This document shows, piece after piece, positions 16,337 to 26,050 of a stretch of 49,565 bases of DNA. The position numbers and the translations under genes are program-made. Numbering within the stretch: the first letter of the stretch is position 1; every line of letters starts with the position of its first letter. This DNA is from Minisyncoccota bacterium. Its GTDB lineage: Bacteria > Patescibacteriota > Minisyncoccia > Phycocordibacterales > UBA9973. The stretch lies in NCBI GenBank assembly GCA_043771685.1, contig JAYVGX010000032.1, positions 1 through 49,565 of the forward strand, given 5' to 3'. The notes below the pieces were generated by a model that saw nothing but the letters and a program-made list of their open reading frames with translations, was not told where the DNA came from and made no database searches.

Positions 16337-16483
16337 TTATTTAGCTTTAACAGCTTGTTTTCTGAAATTCTTCTTTGCTTTCTTTGCGTCTAGCATTACT
16401 TGTTTTACAGCCAATCTCTTCTTTGTTTTCTTAGAGTGAATTGATTTCGGTTTTGGACTCAGTGTGGTACTTCTTTTTGCCAT
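16337..16483 (-). CDS. Unannotated 48-aa highly basic protein (ribosomal-protein-like composition)
   Basis: Manual translation gives MAKRSTTLSPKPKSIHSKKTKKRLAVKQVMLDAKKAKKNFRKQAVKAK. It is below the ORF-track length cut-off, and the palindromic hairpin follows it. Confidence 0.35.
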   Translation of the reverse strand: MAKRSTTLSPKPKSIHSKKTKKRLAVKQVMLDAKKAKKNFRKQAVKAK

Positions 16484-16551
16484 ATATTTTGTATATTTTT
16501 ATTGATATAACCTATTATAGCCTATTTTAATATTTATGTTAATATAAATAT

Positions 16552-17916
16552 ATGTCAAAGATAATAGTTAACAAAATAGGCGGTGGGATACTGGTGGACA
16601 AATACATACCACTAATCCCCCTTCGTATTCAAGCACAAATTAAAAACGGCTACACTCCGATACTGGTAGTTTCTGCATTTCCTGGTATTACTGATGATAT
16701 TCTTTTTTTTGCGAAACAAATTAAAGAAAATCAAAAAATAAATGAATCAATTTATATAAAAAGTATTTTGTCTAAACATACAAAGATTATAGATAGTTTC
16801 ATTATCGATACAAAAATAAAGAATCAAACTTTAAATCAATTAGATGAGTTGTTTTTAAAATTTGAAAAGGATATAAAGCTTTTTATTGATAATAAAAAAA
16901 ACACAGACAAGTCCCCTATTTACGAAGATGCATTGGTGGCTTATGGAGAGAGATTCGCTGCAACTATAATTGCAAAATTTCTAGAGAATAAAGATATGGT
17001 AACCAAAAGAGTTCTGGCTGAAGACATACCAATAATAACTGATGATAACTTTAAAGATGCAAATATCATAAAAGATATTTCTACAAAAAACCTCAATTCG
17101 TATTTTATAAAAAAAATAAAAAATAATTCCAACAGTGTATTAATCATTCCAGGTTTTACTGGTAAAACCAAAGCAGGAGCAACAACAACGCTAGGACGTG
17201 GTGGTACAGATACAGCCGCTTGTTTTATAGGTAGTGCATTAAAAGTAAAGAAAATAATTTTATGGAAAAACGTAGGTGGTGTGATGTCTTGTGATCCACG
17301 TTTAGTTACTAATGTTAAGAAGATAAGTACGATTAGCTACGATCAAGCCATAGAAGCAGGAAAAATAATCCACGAAAAAGCCATAGATTATGTAAAGAAT
17401 AGTAAAACTCCGATAGAAATCACATCTATCGAGAATCCGAAGCACAGTACGACAATCAAAGATATCCGTACAAAAGAAAGTGGTGCTAAAATAATAAGTC
17501 TAAAGAGAAATGCCCAGTTATTTCTAATAAATGATGAAACATTAGGAATATCCGAACTAATTTCTTTTACTGGAAATGTTTTCTCAAAATATAAAACTGA
17601 AATAGTATTAATAAGTAACACTCGTTATGGTCTACAAGTTGTTGCTTATGATGAAAATGATTCTATGGAAAGTATAAAAAGAGAGATATCAAATAAAGTT
17701 CAAAAAGTAGAAAAGACAGTTTGTGATATGATATTCATGGTTGGACAATTTAATCCAAATGATGTTAGTGATTTCAACAATTTACTCATAAAACAAGGTG
17801 TCGATTTAAATATAAGTGCTTTTTATTATCAGAATTGTACACGAATAGAGGCTGTAATCAAAACCAAAAATATTGAAAAAGTCGTAAATGCTGTGCATGG
17901 TAAGTTTATAAAATAA
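16552..17916 (+). CDS. lysC: Aspartate kinase
   Basis: Amino-acid kinase fold (KIGGGIL, VVSAFPGITD, GRGGTDTAA) plus a C-terminal ACT-like region. Confidence 0.85.
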   Translation: MSKIIVNKIGGGILVDKYIPLIPLRIQAQIKNGYTPILVVSAFPGITDDILFFAKQIKENQKINESIYIKSILSKHTKIIDSFIIDTKIKNQTLNQLDELFLKFEKDIKLFIDNKKNTDKSPIYEDALVAYGERFAATIIAKFLENKDMVTKRVLAEDIPIITDDNFKDANIIKDISTKNLNSYFIKKIKNNSNSVLIIPGFTGKTKAGATTTLGRGGTDTAACFIGSALKVKKIILWKNVGGVMSCDPRLVTNVKKISTISYDQAIEAGKIIHEKAIDYVKNSKTPIEITSIENPKHSTTIKDIRTKESGAKIISLKRNAQLFLINDETLGISELISFTGNVFSKYKTEIVLISNTRYGLQVVAYDENDSMESIKREISNKVQKVEKTVCDMIFMVGQFNPNDVSDFNNLLIKQGVDLNISAFYYQNCTRIEAVIKTKNIEKVVNAVHGKFIK

Positions 17917-17935
17917 TTAATAATTTTCGAATATT

Positions 17936-19024
17936 ATGAAAAAATTTAAAGTTGGAATACTGGGCGCAACTGGTATGGTTGGCCAAAAATACATTAGTTT
18001 ACTAGAAAACCACCCGTATTTTAGTGTTGTTTATGTGGCTGCTTCTGAAAAATCAGCAGGCAAGACTTATAACGAAGCTGTAAAAGGCCGTTGGCATATG
18101 GAAAATGATATTCCTAAAAATGTAGCGAAATTAAATGTTTATGATGTCGAAGATGTAGCTACAGCTATCAAACAATGCGACTTTGTCTTTTCTGCTTTCG
18201 AGATCTCTGATAAAAAAGAAGTTATACGCATAGAGGAAGCTTATGCAAAAGCCGGACTCCCTGTTATATCAAATTCATCGGCGAACCGATGGACCAGTGA
18301 CGTACCGATGATTATCCCTGAGATCAATAGTGATCATTCAAAAATCATTCCAACTCAGCAAAAGAATCATGGTTTTAAAAAAGGTTTTATCGCTTGCAAG
18401 CCTAACTGTAGTATACAAAGTTATCTCACTGCAATTTATGCTTTAGAGAAAGCAGGATTCCCTGTTTCAAAAATTATGGTTACTACTATGCAAGCAGTAA
18501 GTGGCGCTGGTTATCCAGGTGTACCGAGTCTCGACATGATAGATAACATTGTTCCCTATATCGGAGGTGAAGAAGAAAAAACAGAAAATGAACCGAAGAA
18601 GATTTTAGGTGAAATAAAAAATGGTGTCTTTAAGAAAAATAAAGATATTTCTATCTCTGCAACTTGCACACGTGTGCCTGTAACTGACGGCCATACAGCT
18701 GTGGTTCATATTAAATTCAAGAATAAAAAGCCAAGCATGGAAGAAATTGTAAAGATTTGGGATAAATTTTCTGGAGAGCCACAAAAACTCAAACTACCTT
18801 CTGCGCCAGTTCAACCTCTAATTTACAAAACAGAGGAAAACAGACCACAACCTAAAAAAGATCGTGATACAGAGAATGGTATGGTTTTATCGTTGGGAAG
18901 ATTAGAAGAGTGTGAAGTTCTCGACTATAAATTCGTTGGCCTCTCTCACAATACTGTTCGTGGAGCATCCGGCGGTGCAATACTAATGGCTGAGTTATTA
19001 GTTGCACAGAAATATATTAAATAA
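17936..19024 (+). CDS. asd: Aspartate-semialdehyde dehydrogenase
   Basis: KVGILGATGMVGQ Rossmann motif, active-site CKPNCS, and the GHT region. Confidence 0.9.
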   Translation: MKKFKVGILGATGMVGQKYISLLENHPYFSVVYVAASEKSAGKTYNEAVKGRWHMENDIPKNVAKLNVYDVEDVATAIKQCDFVFSAFEISDKKEVIRIEEAYAKAGLPVISNSSANRWTSDVPMIIPEINSDHSKIIPTQQKNHGFKKGFIACKPNCSIQSYLTAIYALEKAGFPVSKIMVTTMQAVSGAGYPGVPSLDMIDNIVPYIGGEEEKTENEPKKILGEIKNGVFKKNKDISISATCTRVPVTDGHTAVVHIKFKNKKPSMEEIVKIWDKFSGEPQKLKLPSAPVQPLIYKTEENRPQPKKDRDTENGMVLSLGRLEECEVLDYKFVGLSHNTVRGASGGAILMAELLVAQKYIK

Positions 19025-19035
19025 AAATGTAAAAC

Positions 19036-19066
19036 AAAAAAAGACTGACAATTGTTCGTCTTTTTT
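19036..19066. terminator. Bidirectional terminator hairpin
   Basis: AAAAAAAGAC-tgacaattgttc-GTCTTTTTT, lying between convergent genes. Confidence 0.55.
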
Positions 19067-19067
19067 A

Positions 19068-20453
19068 CTACCATCCTAGATTCTCACCAATTTCTTCAGC
19101 AGTTGTACGCTTGCGAGCCACCACTATATGCCCATTTTCGGCTATTATACGCTGTGGACGAGATATTAGGCAGTGATTCATAGATAATGCGTCCTGATAC
19201 GCTCCTGTGTCAAATACGACCACATACATAGGTTCATTAGCACTTTCAGAAAAGTTATAGTCAGGTAAAGTTACAGACCCATCTACTCCACGGTAAACAT
19301 CATCAGAATCACAAGTTGAACCCGCGAGCCAAACCTCGGTCAATTTATCGTCACCTTTATTGTTAACTGGAGCAATAAACCATTTTTGATCTATAGCCCA
19401 AGTGTCACACAAATCATTCATAAAACTACCGTCTATGATATACCACTTTTTTGCATCATTTTTCTTTTTATTTATTATCTTAGTGTCAATAATTTTGTAG
19501 ATATTTATCTGTGCAGGCGCTACAACATAACGTCCCCATTCACAAATTAGGTTTGGATGTGGAACTCCGTGCTTTTCTGATTCAGACTTCATAAGCTCGA
19601 AAACTTTTTCCATTATCTTGTCTAAATTGTAACCTTTTGTACGAGTATATGGTATCGGCATTCCCCCACCGATATCTAGTGTATCAAGAGATGGATTTGT
19701 CTTTTTTAATTTGAAGTAAACATTGAGAGCGTATTTAATCGGCACTAAAATGTCTGCTGGTTTTTCAATTTGCGAACCGATATGATAGTGCAGTATTTTC
19801 AAGTTTTTGAAAGCACCCATTTCGTATATTTCTTTTGCAGAGAAACCAAAACGATCTAACTTTTTATTCCAATACGAAGTTGCCTTCACTGGCATGTCGA
19901 GACGTATACCGACATTGTATTTAGAGTGTTGCAAATTTTTTAATTCACTTGGGCCTTCAATAAGAGGAAATATTTTGACGCCTTTGTGTTGCATGTCGTC
20001 TATTAGGTTTAGATAGTCATTATTTTTTGGACCACTACAGAGTATGCGGATGTCTGGATTAAACTTTTCTTGTTCTAACATTCTTTTGATGAGCCACAAA
20101 TCATTATAAGACGAAGTTTCCAAATGGGCGCCTTCACCAACGAGAGCCATGACAACTTCACGGTTTTGGTTTACTTTCATAGGATAATGATAGAAAAATT
20201 TGCCTTGATAGCCAACTTTTTTACTTACACTTGCTGCCAAGTCCATTAAATCTTCGAGACGTTCTTCAATAACGAATGGTAAAAGAATCTGCAATGATGT
20301 GCCGAATTTTTCTGCTAAGTAGCGTACATTATAAATATTGTGTCCCTCTTTAATAATCAAGTCTCCGTCTTTGTTGAAGTCGAAGTATTGAGTATTAAAA
20401 TCACTAATCCCAAGCTTCCAAAGTTTTTTAGAAGCAACTGAAAGTTTAGTCAT
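19068..20453 (-). CDS. PLP-dependent decarboxylase, Orn/DAP/Arg decarboxylase (alanine-racemase fold) family; substrate unresolved
   Basis: PMKVN (PLP lysine), HYHIGSQ, LDIGGGMPIPY and GSTCDSDD. The likely start is ATG 20453 (MTKLSV...) rather than 20507. Confidence 0.8.
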   Translation of the reverse strand: MTKLSVASKKLWKLGISDFNTQYFDFNKDGDLIIKEGHNIYNVRYLAEKFGTSLQILLPFVIEERLEDLMDLAASVSKKVGYQGKFFYHYPMKVNQNREVVMALVGEGAHLETSSYNDLWLIKRMLEQEKFNPDIRILCSGPKNNDYLNLIDDMQHKGVKIFPLIEGPSELKNLQHSKYNVGIRLDMPVKATSYWNKKLDRFGFSAKEIYEMGAFKNLKILHYHIGSQIEKPADILVPIKYALNVYFKLKKTNPSLDTLDIGGGMPIPYTRTKGYNLDKIMEKVFELMKSESEKHGVPHPNLICEWGRYVVAPAQINIYKIIDTKIINKKKNDAKKWYIIDGSFMNDLCDTWAIDQKWFIAPVNNKGDDKLTEVWLAGSTCDSDDVYRGVDGSVTLPDYNFSESANEPMYVVVFDTGAYQDALSMNHCLISRPQRIIAENGHIVVARKRTTAEEIGENLGW

Positions 20454-20535
20454 GTCTTTATATAAGGCGCAATTTCTTTTTGCCCACAAAAATGATAATA
20501 GATACAATCATATCATAAAATGAAGATATGTAAAG

Positions 20536-20572
20536 AAAAAGTGTCGCAAAGCTATGCTTTGCGACACTTTTT
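20536..20572 (-). terminator. Intrinsic terminator of dnaJ
   Basis: AAAAAGTGTCGCAAAGC-tat-GCTTTGCGACACTTTTT. Confidence 0.6.
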
Positions 20573-21659
20573 AAATCCCCTCTTCTTTCAACTTCTCCAC
20601 TAATTCCTTTTCATTCTTGGAAAGCTTGTTTGGCATTTTTACTTGTATTTTGATGATGATATCTCCGCGTCCACGATTAGTCGGCACACCACGGCCTTTG
20701 ACTCGCAATAGTTCCCCATGATTTATTCCACTCGGTATTTTAACTTCGATTTTATTACCATCGAGAGTTTCTAGATTGTAATTCATACCTAAAAGTGCAT
20801 CAGTTAATTTAATAGACAAGTTCATTATCAGATTGGCTTCATCACGTTTAAACAAATGATGAGACTCGACTTTAACTCGTACATATAGGTCGCCCGTTGC
20901 ACCACCTTTTACGCTCTCGCCATAACCATAAACACGGAGCATCTCTCCATTATTGATACCTTCTGGGATTTTTATTTCTACATCACTTTGTTTTTTAAAG
21001 ACCCCATGACCATTACATGTACTGCATTTATGTTCTGGAATTTTACCACTACCTAAACATGTTTTACAGTTTGTAACTTGTTTAAAGCTACCTAGAATAG
21101 AGCGTTTGATTTCTGTTGTTTGACCTTTTCCATCACAATCCTTACAAGTTTTTAACTCTGTTCCAGTTTTTGCACCTGTACCTAGACAGACGTCACATGT
21201 CGATTGTTTATTAAGATTAATTTTCTTTACAACTCCAAAAATAGATTCTTTGAAAGTAATATTAACTTCTGTCTCTAGGTCACGGCCTTTTGGTTTAGCA
21301 TTTCTTCTGCCACCTCCACCACCGAAAAAGTCGCCGAAAATATCACCCAAGTCACCCATGTCGAACTCTACACCACCTTGGCCGAAACCAGACGGGTCAA
21401 ATCCACCAAAGCCCCCGAAACCGCCACCTTGTTGACCACCACCGAATTGTGGACCATCAGCGCCAAAACGGTCGTATTGTGACCGTTTTGAATCGTCTGA
21501 GAGAGTTTGATAAGCTTCGTTTACTTCTTTAAACTTTTTATCATCGCCACCATTTTTATCTGGGTGATGAGAATGAGCAAGTTTATGAAAAGCCTTCTTG
21601 ATCTCATCCTTGGACGCAGTTTTATTTACACCTAATGTTTGATAATAATCTTTTGACAT
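20571..21659 (-). CDS. dnaJ: Chaperone DnaJ
   Basis: J-domain with HPD, a G/F-rich linker, and four CxxCxGxG zinc-finger repeats. Confidence 0.96.
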   Translation of the reverse strand: MSKDYYQTLGVNKTASKDEIKKAFHKLAHSHHPDKNGGDDKKFKEVNEAYQTLSDDSKRSQYDRFGADGPQFGGGQQGGGFGGFGGFDPSGFGQGGVEFDMGDLGDIFGDFFGGGGGRRNAKPKGRDLETEVNITFKESIFGVVKKINLNKQSTCDVCLGTGAKTGTELKTCKDCDGKGQTTEIKRSILGSFKQVTNCKTCLGSGKIPEHKCSTCNGHGVFKKQSDVEIKIPEGINNGEMLRVYGYGESVKGGATGDLYVRVKVESHHLFKRDEANLIMNLSIKLTDALLGMNYNLETLDGNKIEVKIPSGINHGELLRVKGRGVPTNRGRGDIIIKIQVKMPNKLSKNEKELVEKLKEEGI

Positions 21660-21718
21660 GTTGACTTTCTTTTTTAACTAAATTATAATATGAGTACAAA
21701 TTGCCGTTAGGCACCCGA

Positions 21719-21736
21719 GGACCCCGAAAGGGGTCC
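21719..21736. terminator. GC-rich hairpin between the MazF-like gene and dnaJ
   Basis: GGACCCC-gaaa-GGGGTCC. Confidence 0.35.
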
Positions 21737-21745
21737 GTTTCGTTT

Positions 21746-22159
21746 CTACTTAAACAATTGCATAAACTTCTCTTTAATCTCCTTAAAAACATTGTCGTTT
21801 ATATGGGCTACACGACGAATCATTCTTTTTGAGCTCATTAATCTTAATTGAGAAAGTATAACATAAGAAATTTTTTCCTCATAAACACCATTTTCATTTA
21901 AGATATTTAGAACTAATTTAAAATGAAATTTATTGTCTTTTTCTTTTGATGTCAAAGGAAAACCAAAGAACATGCCTTTATGAAATTTCCTAAAAACTAA
22001 AACTGGTCTTTCATATTTATCATTTTTACCATCTTCTTCAAAACCAACATTCTCTCCCAATGAACACCACCAAATCTCTTGATCACGAAACAAAACTTCT
22101 TTTTTAGAATTTTCAATACTAGTTTTTATTTTATGCCAGTTTTGATAATCTTTTACCAT
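21746..22159 (-). CDS. PemK/MazF-like (SH3-barrel toxin fold) protein
   Basis: W.KIK......(F)RDQEIWWCSLGENVGFEEDGKNDKYERPVLVF...GFPLTSK...ILSQLRLMSSKRM matches my memory of the roughly 140-aa PemK/MazF family. Confidence 0.55.
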   Translation of the reverse strand: MVKDYQNWHKIKTSIENSKKEVLFRDQEIWWCSLGENVGFEEDGKNDKYERPVLVFRKFHKGMFFGFPLTSKEKDNKFHFKLVLNILNENGVYEEKISYVILSQLRLMSSKRMIRRVAHINDNVFKEIKEKFMQLFK

Positions 22160-22174
22160 AATTATTTTATGTAT

Positions 22175-22570
22175 TTATTCACTTTTTATTAAAGCAAATA
22201 TTAGAAAAGCAGAAAACATACCTACTAAAACCCAAATAAATAAGTCATTGCTATTTGCTAAAATACAAAAACCTATAAATAATGCCAGGGGGACGTAAGT
22301 AACTATATATGTACTAAAAATTTGCCTTAAATTATTTTTAAATGGAATTTTTTCAATAATTCTATAGCTTACCGTACTAGAATATCCCATTGAATTTATA
22401 AGGTATGTATTTTTTTCTCTTTTTCCTTCTTTGATAACTCTCAAACATTTTCTTGGAAAAATTGGTAAGAGAAATAATACGAACCATTCAGTGGTAATAT
22501 AAGAATAGTTTACTGAGTTATAATCAGTTTTTCCATAATAAACATTTCCAATACCTTGAAATCTTGACAT
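22175..22570 (-). CDS. Hypothetical membrane protein (131 aa)
   Basis: Hydrophobic helices at WFVLFLLPIF and the C-terminal PLALFIGFCILA...VLVGMFSAFLIFALI. The start is 2 nt from the upstream gene. Confidence 0.5.
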   Translation of the reverse strand: MSRFQGIGNVYYGKTDYNSVNYSYITTEWFVLFLLPIFPRKCLRVIKEGKREKNTYLINSMGYSSTVSYRIIEKIPFKNNLRQIFSTYIVTYVPLALFIGFCILANSNDLFIWVLVGMFSAFLIFALIKSE

Positions 22571-22572
22571 AA

Positions 22573-22836
22573 TTATTTTTTATATTTTTTTAAAATTTGC
22601 ACAAACTCGTTACTATCTTCTAAAGTCACACCATAAGAATTATCTTTCAATTTCCATACCTCTCCATCCCAGATAGATTCATCTTTAGTTGGTTTATAAC
22701 CATCTTGTAAATAAACTATTTCTATATCACAAAAAGTATTTTCAAGATCTATACTACACACAACCGCAAAAAATGAAGAGATACTTTCTTTTTCAATTTT
22801 AATTAATTCTCCTATTTTAACATTAGGTTTTTTCAT
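22573..22836 (-). CDS. Hypothetical small protein (87 aa)
   Basis: It starts 2 nt after the dnaK stop codon, so it appears translationally coupled within the operon. Confidence 0.5.
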   Translation of the reverse strand: MKKPNVKIGELIKIEKESISSFFAVVCSIDLENTFCDIEIVYLQDGYKPTKDESIWDGEVWKLKDNSYGVTLEDSNEFVQILKKYKK

Positions 22837-22838
22837 AA

Positions 22839-24731
22839 TTATTCAGTCTTTGGATTTTCATTTACTTCTGCATCTTTTACCTCTGGGTTTTGTTCTGCTG
22901 TTGCTTCACTTGTTGGTTGGGCTTCAGGACTTGCTTTGCTTATTGCCTCACCGATTTTTGACATCTCTGTTGAAAGAGCTTCGAGGGCAGTTTTGATAGC
23001 TTGTAAATCTGTGCCGTCTTTTGCTTTGCGAACTTCGGCTATTTTTGCTTCTACGCTTGTCTTCAAACTAGCATCAACTTTGTCGCCGTATTCTTTGATT
23101 GATTTCTCGGCAGAAAAAATCATCATCTCGGCACTATTTTTTTCATCTACTAATTCTTTTTTCTTTGCATCTTCTTCAGCGTGAATCTCAGCGTCTTGTT
23201 GCATCTTCTTTATATCTGCGTCTGTTAAACCAGAACTCGCTTCGATACGGATAGATGACTCTTTACCACTTGCTTTGTCTTTTGCTTTAACATTTAATAT
23301 TCCGTTAGCATCCACATCGAAAGTAACTTCGATTTGAGGCATACCGCGTGGTGCTGGTGGAATATCTCCAAGAATAAATCTTCCCAATGATTTATTGTCA
23401 CTTGCTATCGGGCGTTCTCCTTGAGTGATATGTATCTCTACGCTTGTTTGATTATCAGCTGCAGTTGAGAAAATTTGAGATTTTGAACTTGGAATTGTAG
23501 TATTTCTTTCGATTAATTTTGTTGCCACACCACCGAGTGTTTCGATTCCAAGTGAAAGTGGTATAACGTCTAACAACAATACGTCTTTGACATCGCCTTG
23601 TAGGACTCCAGCTTGGACAGCAGCACCGAGGGCTACAACTTCGTCTGGGTTGATAGAACGATTCGGTTCTTTTCCAAAGAGTGATTTCACTGCTTCAACA
23701 ATTGCGGGCATACGAGTCTGACCTCCAACCATTATGATTTCATTTATCTCAGACATCTTGAAAGGACTTGCTTCCATGGCACGTTTTGTTATCTCGATAG
23801 AACGGTCGATGTACTCTTGAGAAAGCTCTATAAGTTGCGCTTGATTCATCTTTAGCAATAAGTGTTGTGGTCCAGCGTCAGTTGAAGTTATAAATGGAAT
23901 ATTTATTTCTGTTTCTGCAGTTGTAGAAAGTTCTATCTTTGCTTTTTCTGCAGCTTCATCTAGGCGTTGTAGTGCAAGTGGGTCTTTTGTTATATCGACT
24001 CCTGAAGTTTTTTTGAATTCAGAGGCTAACCAAGAAATTATCTTTTGGTCAATGTCGCGTCCACCCATGTGCGAGTCGCCGTCTGTTGATTTAACTTCGA
24101 TGACATCGTTAGAAACTTCGAGTACTGACACATCGAAAGTACCACCACCAAAGTCGTAAACAACTATTTTTTCATCTTTTTTAGAATTAAATCCGTATGC
24201 AAGAGCTGCGGCTGTTGGTTCATTGATTATTCTTTTAACATCCAGTCCTGCGATAGCGCCTGCATCTTTTGTAGCTTTTCTTTGTGCATCGTTAAAATAT
24301 GCTGGAACTGTGATGATAGCTTCTGTTATTTTTTCACCAAGTTTCGCTTCAACATCAGCTTTTATTTTAGCTAAAATCATCGCACTAATTTCTTCTGGAC
24401 GATTAAATTTATCGCCCATCTTTACTTCAACACCACCATCTGTACCTTTTTGAATTTGGAATGATGCTGTCTTTTGAGATTTCTGTATTTCTGGATCTTC
24501 GAAATTATGCCCCATGTATCTTTTGATACCATAAACTGTATTTTGTGGATTCGTAACTGCTTGACGTTTAGCCAAAAGACCAACGAGTCTCTCACCTGTT
24601 TTACTGATTGCCACGATTGACGGAGTTGTGCGTCCACCTTCGATGTTTTCAATTATCTTTGGTTGTCCACCTTCGATGATTGAAACCGCACTATTTGTTG
24701 TACCCAAGTCTATACCAATTATTTTTGCCAT
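22839..24731 (-). CDS. dnaK: Chaperone DnaK (Hsp70)
   Basis: [18 protein letters not shown] and full-length Hsp70 architecture. Confidence 0.98.
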   Translation of the reverse strand: MAKIIGIDLGTTNSAVSIIEGGQPKIIENIEGGRTTPSIVAISKTGERLVGLLAKRQAVTNPQNTVYGIKRYMGHNFEDPEIQKSQKTASFQIQKGTDGGVEVKMGDKFNRPEEISAMILAKIKADVEAKLGEKITEAIITVPAYFNDAQRKATKDAGAIAGLDVKRIINEPTAAALAYGFNSKKDEKIVVYDFGGGTFDVSVLEVSNDVIEVKSTDGDSHMGGRDIDQKIISWLASEFKKTSGVDITKDPLALQRLDEAAEKAKIELSTTAETEINIPFITSTDAGPQHLLLKMNQAQLIELSQEYIDRSIEITKRAMEASPFKMSEINEIIMVGGQTRMPAIVEAVKSLFGKEPNRSINPDEVVALGAAVQAGVLQGDVKDVLLLDVIPLSLGIETLGGVATKLIERNTTIPSSKSQIFSTAADNQTSVEIHITQGERPIASDNKSLGRFILGDIPPAPRGMPQIEVTFDVDANGILNVKAKDKASGKESSIRIEASSGLTDADIKKMQQDAEIHAEEDAKKKELVDEKNSAEMMIFSAEKSIKEYGDKVDASLKTSVEAKIAEVRKAKDGTDLQAIKTALEALSTEMSKIGEAISKASPEAQPTSEATAEQNPEVKDAEVNENPKTE

Positions 24732-24776
24732 ATTTTTTTACTTTGATTAATTAATAATTTTTTGATTTGTAGACCT

Positions 24777-24805
24777 ATTATATACTCATCTTTTATTTTT
24801 GACAA
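24777..24805 (-). promoter_or_regulatory. dnaK promoter (TTGTCA-17-TATAAT on the minus strand)
   Basis: Minus-strand -35 lies over 24800-24805 and -10 over 24777-24782. Its -35 overlaps a plus-strand TTGACA at 24799-24804. Confidence 0.5.
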
Positions 24806-24830
24806 GTATTTCGTGGTCGCATAATATATG

Positions 24831-24859
24831 TTGAAATACTATCCTTTATGTGATACTAT
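24831..24859 (+). promoter_or_regulatory. Promoter of the PaaX-like gene (TTGAAA-17-TACTAT with TG extension); implies a leaderless or near-leaderless mRNA
   Basis: TTGAAA at 24831-24836, TGa then TACTAT at 24854-24859. ATG at 24866 is 7 nt after the -10. Confidence 0.5.
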
Positions 24860-24865
24860 AGATTC

Positions 24866-25390
24866 ATGAATAAAAAACAAGATTTTTCAAAGAAAATCAT
24901 GAAAATACTATCAGGAAAGTCGGCGGTGGCTGTAAATGATATTACTGATAGCATAATAGAAGACGGTCAGACCCCTTATGCTATTACTCGCTCTATAAAG
25001 GGCCTACAAGACGCTGGTTTGATAGAAAAGATACATTCAGGTCAGAATAACTATGCACGCCTAACAACTGATGGAAAGAAAAAAATGCATAGTTTAAAGT
25101 TAGAAAATGAAAACACTCTTGTAAATACAAGTTGGGATAATCAATGGCGTATTATACTTTTAGACTTACCAGAGAGTCGCAAAAATGAACGTGAGTCACT
25201 TCGCTATTTGTTAAAAAAAGCCGGCTTTCTTTGTTTAAAGAATTCGGCTTGGATTTCCCCTTTTCCTCTTGAGTATTTATTTACAAATATCAAAAAAGAC
25301 CTAGGATTATCGACAGAGCTCGTAATAATCGTCACTTCACAAATAGATGAGATGACAGAGAAAGAATTAAGATTGATGTTTAATCATTAA
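24866..25390 (+). CDS. PaaX-like/wHTH transcriptional regulator
   Basis: The N-terminal wHTH is (ITRSIKGLQDAGLIEK). The C-terminal WDNQWRIILLDLPESRKNERESLRYLLKKAGFLCLKNSAWISPFP is the PaaX-type pattern. Confidence 0.6.
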   Translation: MNKKQDFSKKIMKILSGKSAVAVNDITDSIIEDGQTPYAITRSIKGLQDAGLIEKIHSGQNNYARLTTDGKKKMHSLKLENENTLVNTSWDNQWRIILLDLPESRKNERESLRYLLKKAGFLCLKNSAWISPFPLEYLFTNIKKDLGLSTELVIIVTSQIDEMTEKELRLMFNH

Positions 25391-25991
25391 ATTTATAAAC
25401 TTTAACTCGAGCGGGACGAATAACTTTATCATTTTTATTACTATCTAGTATTTTGTATCCAGACTGTACAATGTTTGAAACTAAATGATCTTCTTCTTTA
25501 TTTGTTGTTTCTATGTTTTCTATTGCTTCATGAAATTTAGCATCAAAAGGTACACCAACGGTATTTATAGGAGTAACTGAATTATTTTCAAAACTCTTTA
25601 GGAATTGTGAGTAAATGTATTCTATGCCTGAGCGCCAACTAGAGTCTACTTTTTCCCACGCTTCTTTATTTGACATCGCCATATCGAAACTGTCCATTGA
25701 AGGCAGTAAATCCTCGATAAAATTCGCTACGATAAAGTTTTTGAGATCTTTTCTCTTGCCTTCCTCTTCTTTTTGTAAGTTAACGTAGTCAGCTCGAACT
25801 CTTTGTGAGAGAGTTAAGTACTCGTCTCTTTCAATACGTATTTTTTTATTTTCTTCTCGAAGTTTCTTTACGATGTCTTTAGTTGGGAGAACATCTCCGT
25901 CTTCTGTGCTCTCAATAAAAGACACATCATCTTCGAATTCTTCTTTGTCTAAGTCTACTATTTCTTCTTTTTGTATTTCTTCATCATTCAT
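25380..25991 (-). CDS. grpE: Nucleotide exchange factor GrpE
   Basis: Coiled-coil N-terminal part, conserved core (DSFDMA..., FHEA...) and C-terminal RPARVKV. The likely start is ATG 25991 (MNDEE...). Confidence 0.85.
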   Translation of the reverse strand: MNDEEIQKEEIVDLDKEEFEDDVSFIESTEDGDVLPTKDIVKKLREENKKIRIERDEYLTLSQRVRADYVNLQKEEEGKRKDLKNFIVANFIEDLLPSMDSFDMAMSNKEAWEKVDSSWRSGIEYIYSQFLKSFENNSVTPINTVGVPFDAKFHEAIENIETTNKEEDHLVSNIVQSGYKILDSNKNDKVIRPARVKVYKFND

Positions 25992-26009
25992 AAATATTAT
26001 AATATACAA

Positions 26010-26037
26010 AAAACCAGACTTTCGCAAATCTGGTTTT
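26010..26037 (-). terminator. Terminator after rpsI
   Basis: AAACCAGA-loop-TCTGGTTT, with a T-run on the minus strand. Confidence 0.5.
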
Positions 26038-26050
26038 GAGTATTTTTGTA

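Noticed and set aside
24847-24859. A 13-mer, TATGTGATACTAT, shared between the fic upstream region (2464-2476) and the PaaX-like gene upstream region, considered as a possible mobile repeat.
   Set aside because: In both places it coincides with an extended -10 element (TGnTACTAT) 17 nt downstream of a good -35. Promoter convergence explains it, and 13-mer coincidences are not rare in 50 kb of AT-rich DNA.
24732-24865. CIRCE/HrcA operator upstream of dnaK.
   Set aside because: No TTAGCACTC-N9-GAGTGCTAA-like inverted repeat is visible here or upstream of dnaJ or grpE.
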